From the NCBI GenBank assembly GCA_963807665.1, contig CAWEDE010000028.1, forward strand, positions 11,357-75,356: 64,000 nt of DNA, given 5' to 3'. The notes under the pieces are model-generated. The model was not told the DNA's origin, did no database searches, and saw nothing but the letters and a program-made list of their open reading frames with translations. Positions 54,974 to 64,000 of this stretch are shown piece by piece (the first letter of the stretch is position 1; the number at the start of each line of letters is the position of its first letter). The translations under genes were made by a program, and so were the position numbers. This stretch comes from an uncultured Alphaproteobacteria bacterium. Its GTDB lineage: Bacteria > Pseudomonadota > Alphaproteobacteria > Rhizobiales > Xanthobacteraceae.

Positions 54974-56206
54974 ATGATGACAGACCACGCGGATTCCCGT
55001 TCCAACCCGATTGATGGAAGCGCGGCTTGGCTGCGCCTGACCGTCGCCGTGCTGATGAGCACCATCGGCGGCGTCGGCATGTGGTCGTACATGGTGGCGC
55101 TGCCCGCGATCCAGGCCGACTTCGGCATCGGCCGCGGCGAGGCCTCGCTGCCCTTCACGCTGGCCATGATCGGCTTTGCCTGCGGCGGCGTATTGATGGG
55201 CCGGCTGGCCGACCGCTTCGGCATTGCCGTGCCGCTGGCTATCGGCATCGCCTGCCTGACGCTCGGCTATCTCGCCGTCGGTCTGGCATCGAGCCTGTGG
55301 CAAGTCGCGCTGGCGCATCTGCTGATCGGCACCGGCTGCTCGGCGAGCTTCGGACCGCTGATGGCCGACATCTCGCATTGGTTCGTGCGCCGCCGCGGCA
55401 TCGCGGTCGCGGTCGCCGCTTCCGGCAATTATCTCGCCGGCACGATCTGGCCGCCGGTGGTGCAGCATTTCATCGCCAGCGACGGCTGGCGCGCCACCCA
55501 TATCGGCATCGGACTGTTTCTGGCGGTCGCGATGACGCCGCTGGTGTTCCTGATGCGGAAAAAAATCGAACACCAGCACGAAGGCGCCACCGCGACTGCC
55601 GCACGCCGCCAGGCCGAGGCGCCGTTCTCGCCGATGACGTTACAAGTTTTATTGTGCATCGCCGGCGTCTGCTGCTGCGTCGCGATGTCGATGCCGCAGG
55701 TGCACATCGTCGCCTATTGCGGCGATCTCGGTTACGGCGTGGCGCGCGGCGCCGAGATGCTGTCGCTGATGCTGGGCTTCGGGATCGTCAGCCGCGTCGC
55801 TTCCGGCTTCATCGCCGACCGCATCGGCGGCGTGCGCACGCTGCTGCTCGGCTCGGTGCTGCAAGGCGCTGCATTGTTCATGTATCTGTGGTTCGACGGG
55901 CTGTTCTCGCTCTATGTCATCTCGGCGCTGTTCGGACTGTTCCAGGGCGGCATCGTGCCGAGCTATGCCATCATCGTGCGCGAATATTTCTCGCCCAAGG
56001 AAGCCGGCACGCGCGTCGGCCTGGTGCTGATGGCGACGCTTTTAGGAATGGCGCTGGGCGGCTGGATGTCGGGCGCGATCTTCGACCTGACCGGCTCGTA
56101 TCAGGCGGCGTTCCTCAACGGGCTCGGCTGGAACCTGGTGAACGTCACGATCATGACCTGGCTGCTGCTGCGCTCGCGCCGCGCGCCGGCATTTGCGCCG
56201 GCCTAG
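54974..56206 (+). CDS. MFS transporter
   Basis: GRLADRFG and GFIADRIG motif A repeats; about 12 hydrophobic segments. Confidence 0.92.
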   Translation: MMTDHADSRSNPIDGSAAWLRLTVAVLMSTIGGVGMWSYMVALPAIQADFGIGRGEASLPFTLAMIGFACGGVLMGRLADRFGIAVPLAIGIACLTLGYLAVGLASSLWQVALAHLLIGTGCSASFGPLMADISHWFVRRRGIAVAVAASGNYLAGTIWPPVVQHFIASDGWRATHIGIGLFLAVAMTPLVFLMRKKIEHQHEGATATAARRQAEAPFSPMTLQVLLCIAGVCCCVAMSMPQVHIVAYCGDLGYGVARGAEMLSLMLGFGIVSRVASGFIADRIGGVRTLLLGSVLQGAALFMYLWFDGLFSLYVISALFGLFQGGIVPSYAIIVREYFSPKEAGTRVGLVLMATLLGMALGGWMSGAIFDLTGSYQAAFLNGLGWNLVNVTIMTWLLLRSRRAPAFAPA

Positions 56207-56226
56207 AACGCCGTTCAGAAAGCCAA

Positions 56227-58014
56227 TTAAAAAGCCTCGTCCGCCAATTCCATGACGCTGCCGGCGCCCGACTGGATGCGGGCAAGATGCGCGGCCGTTT
56301 CAGGCAGCATGCGCTCCATGAAGAAGCGCGCGGTGGTGAGCTTGGCGTTGAAGCGGGCATCGGCGCCGTTGCCGAGCTTGGTGTTGGCGGCTTCAGCAAT
56401 TTTGCACCACATATAGCCGAGCGCCACCAGGCCGAACATGTGCATGTAATCGGTGGCACCGGCACCGGCATTGTCAGGCTTGGTCATGGCGTTCTGCATG
56501 AACCACATCGAAGCGGCTTGCAGATGGCCCAGCGCCACGCCCATCGGCGTCACGTAAGGCTTCATCTTGTCGTCGGCGGATTTTTCCTTGATGAAACCGC
56601 CGACCTCGGCGATGAAAGCCATCAGCGCGCGGCCGCCATCTTTGCCGAGCTTGCGGCCGACGAGATCGAGCGCCTGGATGCCGTTGGCGCCTTCATAGAT
56701 TTGCGCGATGCGCGCGTCGCGCACGAATTGCTCCATGCCGTTTTCGGCGATGTAGCCGTGGCCGCCCCACATCTGCTGCGCCATCACGGTATTCTGGAAG
56801 CCGGTGTCGGTGAGCACGCCTTTGATCACCGGCGTGATCAACCCCATGAAATCGTCGGCGCCCTGGCGCTCCTTGCCGTCTTCCGAGCGGTGCGCGATGT
56901 CGCCCTTGAGCGCGGTCCACAATACCAACGCGCGCGCCGCCTCGTTGAAGGCGCGGATGGTCATCAAGGCGCGGCGCACGTCGGGATGCACGATGATCGG
57001 ATCGGCCGGCTTGTCGGGATATTTGGCGCCCGATATCGAGCGGCCTTGCAGGCGCTCCTTGGCGTAGCTCGCGGCGTTTTGATAGGCGACTTCGGATTGC
57101 GCCAGGCCTTGCACGCCGACGCCAAGCCGCGCCTCGTTCATCATCGTGAACATCGCGGGCAGGCCGCGGTTTTCCTCGCCGATCAGCCAGCCGGTGGCGG
57201 CGTCGTAATTCATCACGCAGGTCGAATTGCCGTGAATGCCCATCTTTTCTTCGATCGAGCCGCAGGTCACGCCATTGCGCGCGCCGAGCGCGCCGTCGTC
57301 GCCGACCATGATCTTGGGCACCACGAACAACGAGATGCCCTTGGTGCCGGACGGCGCGCCTTCGATGCGCGCCAGCACCAGATGAATGATGTTCTCCGAC
57401 ATATCGTGTTCGCCGGCGGAAATGAAAATCTTGCTGCCGCTGATCTTGTAGCTGCCGTCGGGCTGCTTCACGGCTTTCGAGCGCAACAGGCCGAGATCCG
57501 TGCCGCAATGCGGCTCGGTCAAATTCATCGTGCCGGTCCAGACGCCCTCCACCATCTTGGGCAGATATTTGGTCTTGAGTTCGGGCGAGGCATGCACCAG
57601 CAGCGCGGCGATGGCGCCTTGCGTGAGCCCCGGATACATGGCGAAGGCCATGTTGGCCGAACACAGCAATTCGTTGACCGCGATGGTCAGGGTCGAGGGC
57701 AGGCCCTGGCCGCCATATTCGGCCGGCACCGAAATGCCGATCCAGCCGCCCGCGATGATTTGCTGATAGGCATCCTTGAAGCCGGCCGGCGTCGTAACGC
57801 TGCCATCGGCATGGCGCGTGCAGCCTTCGATATCGCCGACGCGGTTCAACGGCGTGAGGACGGCTTCGCTGAACTTCGCGGCTTCGCGCAGCACAGCCTC
57901 CACCACGTCGGGCGAGGCATCGGCAAAACCCGGCAGATTGCCGTAACGGTCGATGTGCAACACGTCGTTGAGCAGAAACAACGTATCGTCCACGGGCGCT
58001 TTATAGGTCGGCAT
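56227..58014 (-). CDS. Acyl-CoA dehydrogenase (long form with C-terminal extension)
   Basis: TMNLTEPHCGTD, KIFISAGEHD, EEKMGIHG, MMNEARL, IYEGANGIQA. Confidence 0.93.
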   Translation of the reverse strand: MPTYKAPVDDTLFLLNDVLHIDRYGNLPGFADASPDVVEAVLREAAKFSEAVLTPLNRVGDIEGCTRHADGSVTTPAGFKDAYQQIIAGGWIGISVPAEYGGQGLPSTLTIAVNELLCSANMAFAMYPGLTQGAIAALLVHASPELKTKYLPKMVEGVWTGTMNLTEPHCGTDLGLLRSKAVKQPDGSYKISGSKIFISAGEHDMSENIIHLVLARIEGAPSGTKGISLFVVPKIMVGDDGALGARNGVTCGSIEEKMGIHGNSTCVMNYDAATGWLIGEENRGLPAMFTMMNEARLGVGVQGLAQSEVAYQNAASYAKERLQGRSISGAKYPDKPADPIIVHPDVRRALMTIRAFNEAARALVLWTALKGDIAHRSEDGKERQGADDFMGLITPVIKGVLTDTGFQNTVMAQQMWGGHGYIAENGMEQFVRDARIAQIYEGANGIQALDLVGRKLGKDGGRALMAFIAEVGGFIKEKSADDKMKPYVTPMGVALGHLQAASMWFMQNAMTKPDNAGAGATDYMHMFGLVALGYMWCKIAEAANTKLGNGADARFNAKLTTARFFMERMLPETAAHLARIQSGAGSVMELADEAF

Positions 58015-58090
58015 GGTGATCTCCCGGCAGCCAGCGGCATAGGTATGGCCGGGCCGGGTTTACGCCAGTGTTAAAGTCTGGGGAATGGCT

Positions 58091-58579
58091 TCAGGCCACT
58101 TTGACAGTGGAGGGAAGCGCGCTTTCCAGCGTCATCGACATGCCGGTGTAGATCTGGCGCAATTCGAGCAGCGCCAATTCGAGACCGCGCCGCTGATTTT
58201 CCAGATGTTTGATCTGCTCGACACATTTTTTGCGGCTCATCGGCAGCCTATTGGCGCGATCGCCTGAGGATTGGCGCTTGCGCACCAGCAGCAATTCGCG
58301 GATTTCGCCCAAGGTGAAACCGAGCCGTTTGCCCTGCTGGATCAAGGCGACGCGGGCGCGATCCTCCGGGCTGAAAATCCTGGTGGTGCCGGCGCGCAGC
58401 GGGCTCAGCAGACCTTTGCTCTGGTAGAACCGCAGGGCCCGCAAGGTAATCCCCGCGTCGCGGGCAAGTTGTCCGATGGTAATACCTTCCGTATCGCGCG
58501 CTACGGCTGGAAATTCCAAGTTTTCGGACGACGATTTCGAATCGTCGGCGCGCGAATCTTCGGCTTGCGTTCGATACAT
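58091..58579 (-). CDS. MerR family transcriptional regulator
   Basis: TIGQLA...GITLRALRFY..KGLL.P.R, GKRLGFTL.EI. Confidence 0.88.
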   Translation of the reverse strand: MYRTQAEDSRADDSKSSSENLEFPAVARDTEGITIGQLARDAGITLRALRFYQSKGLLSPLRAGTTRIFSPEDRARVALIQQGKRLGFTLGEIRELLLVRKRQSSGDRANRLPMSRKKCVEQIKHLENQRRGLELALLELRQIYTGMSMTLESALPSTVKVA

Positions 58580-58777
58580 GTTGCATTTGTACCATCCAAG
58601 ACTCCACCACAGGTAGAGTTCACAGGCTACCGATTCAAAGATAACCGTTAGATGCCCGCGCAATACAGAACTTTGGCCGGAAAATACTACCGGCCGCGGC
58701 AGATTTGCCGCGGCGTTGGCGCGGCGCCGGCGGGGAAACGCAAATTCCCCGGGAAAGTCCGGTACTTCGGCCAAACG

Positions 58778-58793
58778 TTAACGGCCTGTTTAC
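58778..58793. promoter_or_regulatory. Candidate CtrA binding site between merR and podJ
   Basis: TTAA-cggcctg-TTTAC, one mismatch from TTAA-N7-TTAAC. Confidence 0.5.
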
Positions 58794-58920
58794 CGCGAAC
58801 GGCAAAAAGTCGGTACGTGGACTGAGAACCGAGCCCGTCTCCACCAGCCTTTAGCGCGCGCCGGTTCCACGAGGGTCGATCACGGCTCTTTGCGCCTCCA
58901 CCTCGAATTTGGGTGTGAGA

Positions 58921-61900
58921 ATGAAATTTGCGGTTCCGTGGAGTGTGAAAGGCATAAGGCCGGAAGCCCGCGAGACTGCGAAGGAAGCGGCGCGCCGCTC
59001 CGGCATGTCGTTGGGCGACTGGCTCAACTCCGTCATTCTTCATCAGGCCGCCGAGGACGGCGTGCAGCCCGACCCTCACGCCACTGACGACGACGATTCC
59101 GGCAGCCACGATTTGACCGACGTGCATGCGCGGCTCGACGAAATCACGAAGCGCATCGAGCAGGTTTCCCGCAGCGGGCCGGCCGCTTACGCGCCCAAAC
59201 ACAGCCGCGCCGATGGCGACCAGATCGCCGAGCTGATCGGCCGCCTCGATCGCCGGCTCGATCAATTCGTCAATTTCGCGCGCCAGGTGGCGCCGCCGCC
59301 CGCGTCCATGCCGCCGGCAGCGCCGGCGTCATCGGGGCTCGATCGCGCGGTCGCCGAAATCGCCGCCCGCCAGCGCGCGCTCAACGGCCAGCCGGCAGCT
59401 GCGCCACATCGCTCGCAAGCACCACTCGCAGCGCCAGCCGCGCGTGCGCCCATCGCGGCGCCAGCCGCGCATGAACATTTGCCGGCGCCGTCGCCTTTGC
59501 TGGCGCCGATGCCGACGCAAAACCTGTCGGGACTGGAAGATCAGCTTCGCAAGATCACCAATCAGATCGAAACACTGCGCAAACCGGGAGTTGAGGAAGC
59601 GATCAATGCATTGCGCGCCGAACTCGGCGACATCGGGCGCGCGCTTACCGAAGCGATGCCGCGCGACGCCATCGACACCATCGAGCAGCAAATCGCCGGT
59701 TTGAACCAGCGCATCGCGGAAGGCCGCGAAGCAGGCGTCGATGCCGGCGCGCTGGCGGGGGTCGAACACGGGCTGGCCGAAGTTCGCGACGCGCTACGCG
59801 GCCTCACGCCGGCGGAAAATCTGGTCGGCTTCAACGAGGCGGTGGCCGGTCTCGCGCACAAGATCGACCAGATCGTCGTGCAGAAAGACCCGGCCACGCT
59901 GCATCAGCTTGAGCAAGCCATCACCACGCTGCGCGACATGGCGACCCATGTCGCCTCGGACGACGCCGTCAGCGGGCTGGCGGCCCAGGTGCATGAATTG
60001 GCCGAAAAGGTCGATGCCATGGCGCTGTCGGCCAGCGGCAACGATGCGCTCAACAGTCTCGAGCAGCGCATCACCGCGCTCTCGGACGCACTCGCCGAAC
60101 GCGCGCAAAGCGGCGCCGCGGTGCCACCCATGCTGGAATCGCTGGTGCAGTCACTGTCCGACAAGATCGAAATGATCCAGCAGTCGCGCGGCGGCGACCT
60201 CGCGGTTGGCCATCTCGAAGATCACATCGTTTCGCTGGTCAAGCGGCTGGATGCCTCCGATTCCCGCCTCGGCCATCTGGAGGCGATCGAGCGCGGCCTC
60301 GCCGATCTGCTGGTGCATATCGAAGACATGCGCGCCAACAAGCAAAGCGGGGCGCTGCGCGCGGACAATTCGCCGGCCGTCGACTCGCTCAAGCACGACA
60401 TCGCGCGCACTCAGGATGCGCTGGAAGCCGTCAACGGCACGCTCGGCCATGTCGTCGACCGCCTGGTCAGCATCGAGAAAGACATGCGCGGCGAAAGCCG
60501 CGGCCGGCCGGCGGAAGACGATTTCGCCGAACCCAAACTGCCGCTTGGCAAGATCGCGGCCCGGATCGTCAGCGATGCGCCGCCGATTGTGCCGGTCGCG
60601 GCTGCGCCGATGGCCACGCCAAAGCCGGCACCCATCCCGGCACCGATGCCGGCGCCCATCGCAGCGCCCAAGCCAGCGCCAATGCCGGCGCCTGTCCTTG
60701 CGCCAGCGCCGAAAGCGCCGCCGGTCGCTGCGGCTCCCGCCCCGGCGCCTGCGCCCAAGCGCCTGCCGCCGGCCAGCCATTTGCCGATTAATCCCGATCT
60801 GCCGCCCGACCAGCCGCTCGAGCCCGGCTCCGGCGCGCCGGTTTTCCGCGCCAACCCAGCCGCGCGCATCGCGGCGTCGGAAGCCGCGCTGGCCGGGACT
60901 TTTGGCGAGGCAAGTTCCGCTGCCACGCCCGGCGCAAAATCCGGTTTCATCGCCGCCGCCCGCCGCGCCGCCCAGGCGGCCTTGCAGGCGCCCGGCGGCC
61001 GTGCGCCGCGCCCCGAACCGATCGAGTTCGGCGACGTCGAGGCGCCATCGCTGCGCGGCAAGTTGATGAAGCGGGTCAAGTCGCTGTTCATTGCGGCCAG
61101 CGTCATCGCCGTCGTGGTCGGTGGCGTGCAGATCGCAGGCAATATGTTCGATCTGGGCAGATCGGACGGCACCAAACTCAAGACCGCCGATAGCCGCGAC
61201 CTGAGCGACGGATTGAGCCCCACGCCGCAAGGCAGCAAGGTCGCCGCCGCCGAGCCAACCGCCAGCCCTGCCGCCACGCCGGAGGCGCCGGCCAATATTG
61301 CCGCCAATCCGCTTGCGCCGCCAACACTGCCCGGGATTGCGCCGCTTGCCCCGCTCGCCACCAACACCTTCGCCGCCGGCGGCCCGCCGCTGGGCTTGAA
61401 CCCGGCAACGCCAAGCCTGCCGTCTTTGTTGAACCCGCCGGCGCTGAGCGCACCGCCCGTAACATCCAAAGGCGACGTCACCGGTTCGATTTCGCGGACG
61501 GGGCCAGCGCGCGCGCCCGCCCCCGCCAATGCGCAAAGCCCCGATTATCTGCCGATCGCCATCGGTGGCGCCCGCCTGCGCAGCGCCGCCATCGCCGGCG
61601 ATGGCGCGGCCGCCTATGAAGTGGCCGTGCGCTTCGCGGAAGGCCGCGGCGTGCCGGGCAATCCGGAAGAAGCGGCGCTGTGGTTTGAGCGCGCAGCCAG
61701 CAAGGGGCTGGCGCCGGCGCAATTCCGCTATGCCAGCCTGCTGGAAAAGGGCCAGGGCGTGAAAAAGGACCTGGTTGCGGCGCGCCGGCTCTATCTTGCC
61801 GCCGCCAGCAAGGGCAACGGCAAGGCCATGCATAATCTTGCCGTGCTCTACGCCGAAGGCATTGACGGCAAACCGGATTACACCACGGCAGCGCAATGGT

Positions 61901-62283
61901 TCCGCAAGGCTTCGGAGCGCGGCATCGCCGACAGCCAGTATAATCTCGGCGTTCTGTGCGCGCGCGGCCTCGGTACCGAGAAGAGCCCCGCCGAATCCTA
62001 CAAATGGTTCGCGCTGGCCGCCGCCCAAGGCGACCGCGAATCCGCCAAGAAGCGCGACGAGGTGGCCGACCATATGGACGCCGACGAACTCGCCGCCGCC
62101 ATGGAATCAGTCAAAAGCTTCGTGGCCGAGCGCCAGCCGGACGAGGCCATCGCGGTTCCGGTGCCTGCCGGCGGCTGGGACAATGCCGCCACCACGCCGC
62201 CGCCCGCGCCGGCTCCGATGCGTGCCAAGCCGAGCGTGGCCGGACCGCTATCGCTCGGCTCGTTCGAAGTCGGAAAACGCTAA
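58921..62283 (+). CDS. podJ: PodJ-like polar localization factor (coiled coils, TM, Sel1 repeats)
   Basis: PWSVKGI..EARETAKEAARRSGMSLGDWLN, FIAAARRAAQAA, TM segment, AMHNLAVLYAEG and DSQYNLG Sel1 repeats. Confidence 0.82.
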   Translation: MKFAVPWSVKGIRPEARETAKEAARRSGMSLGDWLNSVILHQAAEDGVQPDPHATDDDDSGSHDLTDVHARLDEITKRIEQVSRSGPAAYAPKHSRADGDQIAELIGRLDRRLDQFVNFARQVAPPPASMPPAAPASSGLDRAVAEIAARQRALNGQPAAAPHRSQAPLAAPAARAPIAAPAAHEHLPAPSPLLAPMPTQNLSGLEDQLRKITNQIETLRKPGVEEAINALRAELGDIGRALTEAMPRDAIDTIEQQIAGLNQRIAEGREAGVDAGALAGVEHGLAEVRDALRGLTPAENLVGFNEAVAGLAHKIDQIVVQKDPATLHQLEQAITTLRDMATHVASDDAVSGLAAQVHELAEKVDAMALSASGNDALNSLEQRITALSDALAERAQSGAAVPPMLESLVQSLSDKIEMIQQSRGGDLAVGHLEDHIVSLVKRLDASDSRLGHLEAIERGLADLLVHIEDMRANKQSGALRADNSPAVDSLKHDIARTQDALEAVNGTLGHVVDRLVSIEKDMRGESRGRPAEDDFAEPKLPLGKIAARIVSDAPPIVPVAAAPMATPKPAPIPAPMPAPIAAPKPAPMPAPVLAPAPKAPPVAAAPAPAPAPKRLPPASHLPINPDLPPDQPLEPGSGAPVFRANPAARIAASEAALAGTFGEASSAATPGAKSGFIAAARRAAQAALQAPGGRAPRPEPIEFGDVEAPSLRGKLMKRVKSLFIAASVIAVVVGGVQIAGNMFDLGRSDGTKLKTADSRDLSDGLSPTPQGSKVAAAEPTASPAATPEAPANIAANPLAPPTLPGIAPLAPLATNTFAAGGPPLGLNPATPSLPSLLNPPALSAPPVTSKGDVTGSISRTGPARAPAPANAQSPDYLPIAIGGARLRSAAIAGDGAAAYEVAVRFAEGRGVPGNPEEAALWFERAASKGLAPAQFRYASLLEKGQGVKKDLVAARRLYLAAASKGNGKAMHNLAVLYAEGIDGKPDYTTAAQWFRKASERGIADSQYNLGVLCARGLGTEKSPAESYKWFALAAAQGDRESAKKRDEVADHMDADELAAAMESVKSFVAERQPDEAIAVPVPAGGWDNAATTPPPAPAPMRAKPSVAGPLSLGSFEVGKR

Positions 62284-62405
62284 ACGAGACCTGACGATTC
62301 CGCGCGCAATGGTGTTTACTGCTAGGTGAGTTGCCGGGCCGCGCGGACATAGCCCCAAAGGCGTTGTTCCTTTCAGCCGTGGCCCCATACGCCGGACAAC
62401 GCCGC

Positions 62406-63329
62406 TTGCAAATCTATCTGCCGATCGCCGATCTGCCCGTAAACATCTTCCTCGTGCTTGGGATGGGGCTCGCGGTCGGCTTCATCTCCGGCATGTTCGG
62501 CATCGGCGGCGGCTTTCTGATGACGCCGCTCTTGATTTTCATCGGCATCTCGCCCGCGGTCGCGGTGGCGAGCGTCGCCAGTCCGCTCGCTGCGTCCTCG
62601 TTTACCGGCGCGATCACCTATTGGCGCCGGCGCGCGCTCGACGTCGCGCTCGCCATGATGCTGCTGAGCGCCGGCATTGTCGGCACCGCGGTCGGCGTCT
62701 GGCTGTTCACCAAATTGCGCGAGGTCGATCAACTCGATCTGGTCATCGGGCTCTCTTACGTCACGCTGCTCACCGGCGTCGGCGTCATGATGATCTACGA
62801 GAGCGTGAACGCCGAACTGCGCACCCGCCAGGGCAAGCCGGCGACGCTGCGCCGGCCGGGCAGCCATACCTGGCTGCATGGGTTGCCGTTCAAGCTGCGC
62901 TTCAAGCGCTCAAAAATCTACGTATCGGCAATTCCAGTTTGGGCGATCGGATTCAGCATCGGCTTCATCGGCGCCATTCTGGGCATCGGCGGCGGCTTCC
63001 TGCTGGTGCCGATGCTTATCTATTTCCTGCGGGTGCCGACCGCGACCGTGATCGGCACCTCGATGGTGCTCACGCTGGTCACCATGGCGTCGGCGACGGT
63101 GATGCATGCGGCCACCAACCATTTGGTGGACGCGGTGCTGGCGCTGATCCTCATGGTCGGCGGCGTGATCGGTGCGCAATTCGGCGTGCGCACCGGGCAG
63201 AAAATGCGCGGCGAGCGCTTGCGCCTGCTGCTCGGCCTTCTGGTATTCGCGGTCGGGATGCGTTTCGCCTACGAACTGGTGGTGAGGCCGGAAGATCTGT
63301 TCTCGCTGCGCCATGTCAGGAACCTGTGA
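62406..63329 (+). CDS. TauE/SafE family sulfite exporter-like membrane protein
   Basis: QIYLPIADL, SGMFGIGGGFLMTPLL, LGIGGGF, IGTS. Confidence 0.9.
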   Translation: MQIYLPIADLPVNIFLVLGMGLAVGFISGMFGIGGGFLMTPLLIFIGISPAVAVASVASPLAASSFTGAITYWRRRALDVALAMMLLSAGIVGTAVGVWLFTKLREVDQLDLVIGLSYVTLLTGVGVMMIYESVNAELRTRQGKPATLRRPGSHTWLHGLPFKLRFKRSKIYVSAIPVWAIGFSIGFIGAILGIGGGFLLVPMLIYFLRVPTATVIGTSMVLTLVTMASATVMHAATNHLVDAVLALILMVGGVIGAQFGVRTGQKMRGERLRLLLGLLVFAVGMRFAYELVVRPEDLFSLRHVRNL

Positions 63330-64000
63330 TGCGGCTCATGACCGCCAGCGCGCTGATCGTTGTGTTGGCAGGCTTCGTCGCGCCCGCCGCCGCCGAGCGC
63401 CTGGTGGTGTCACTGTCAAATCACCGCGTGGCGGTGACGTCGAATTTCACCGGCGAGGACCTGGTGCTGTTCGGCACCGTCGAGCCCGACACCGGCAGTA
63501 CCGTGTTGCGTCCGCCCTATGATCTTGTGGTGACAGTGACCGGGCCGCGCACGACCTTGCGTACGCGTCGCAAGGAACGCTTGCTCGGCATTTGGGTCAA
63601 TATCGACTCGCGCGAATTCGTGCGCGTGCCGAGCTATCTTTCGGTGCTAAGCAACCGCCCGGTCGAGGAAATCGCGCATGCCGACATCCTGCGGCGATTG
63701 CAAATCGGGGTCGACAATTTCCTGCTGCCGCAGCGCATTGGCCCCGATATCGCCGATACCGTGCCGGATGATGCGTTCCGCGTCGCCTTTGTGCGGCTGG
63801 AGAATCAGCAGGGCCTATATCGCGAATCCAGCACGGCGGTGACGTTTCTCACGCCGACCGTATTCCGCGCCGCGATCCCGCTGCCGGCCGATGCGCCGAC
63901 CGGCAATTACGCGATCGACGTCAAACTGTTCGCCAATGGCGCGCTGGTCGCCAGCACCAATTCGGCGCTGGAAGTGATCAAGACTGGCGTCGAGCAATAT
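63329..64000 (+). CDS. TIGR02186 family protein (runs off right edge)
   Basis: AERLVVSLS...V.VTSNFTG.DLVLFG, RRKERLLGIWVN, VPSYL, FRAAIPLPA..P.G.Y; TGATG overlap with the TauE gene, its usual neighbour. Confidence 0.85.
   Translation, partial: MRLMTASALIVVLAGFVAPAAAERLVVSLSNHRVAVTSNFTGEDLVLFGTVEPDTGSTVLRPPYDLVVTVTGPRTTLRTRRKERLLGIWVNIDSREFVRVPSYLSVLSNRPVEEIAHADILRRLQIGVDNFLLPQRIGPDIADTVPDDAFRVAFVRLENQQGLYRESSTAVTFLTPTVFRAAIPLPADAPTGNYAIDVKLFANGALVASTNSALEVIKTGVEQY

Noticed and set aside
55027-58074. 1015-aa plus-strand ORF
   Set aside because: It is off-frame over the MFS gene and antisense to the acyl-CoA dehydrogenase; a typical high-GC shadow ORF with no motifs.
58059-58076. Possible LiuR/MerR-type operator before the acyl-CoA dehydrogenase
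   Set aside because: Only one half-site (TTTACG) matches; too weak to call.
60151-62073. 640-aa minus-strand ORF and similar long antisense ORFs (49829..51430, 24118..25350, 36581..37792)
   Set aside because: These are antisense shadows of well-supported genes.

Overview
A GC-rich alphaproteobacterial chromosome segment. Gene content, synteny and repeat families point to Hyphomicrobiales/Rhizobiales. It is mostly housekeeping: the F0 ATP synthase operon, the aa3 cytochrome c oxidase operon with thrC/M16 peptidase/RimJ, hemA, tldD, gshA, a beta-oxidation cluster, a podJ-like gene and an SLC5-fused hybrid kinase with its response regulator. About 15 genes, including thrC, hemA and gshA, carry single-base frameshifts that are most likely assembly errors. 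The most interesting features are: (1) a ~335-nt highly base-paired non-coding element at 45117-45451, whose apparent sigma70 promoter is split between -35 and -10 by a complete IS1595-family element (31-bp IRs, 8-bp target duplication, membrane-protein passenger gene), and which lies divergent from a RecD-like helicase with a perfect alphaproteobacterial LexA box; (2) a DUF559 endonuclease gene bracketed by inverted G-quadruplex-like hairpin repeats inside the fad operon, a layout resembling a REP-associated nuclease cassette; (3) an orphan four-gene NDP-sugar C-methylation cluster; and (4) three dispersed palindromic repeat families. All protein family calls come from motif recognition by eye, not database searches.
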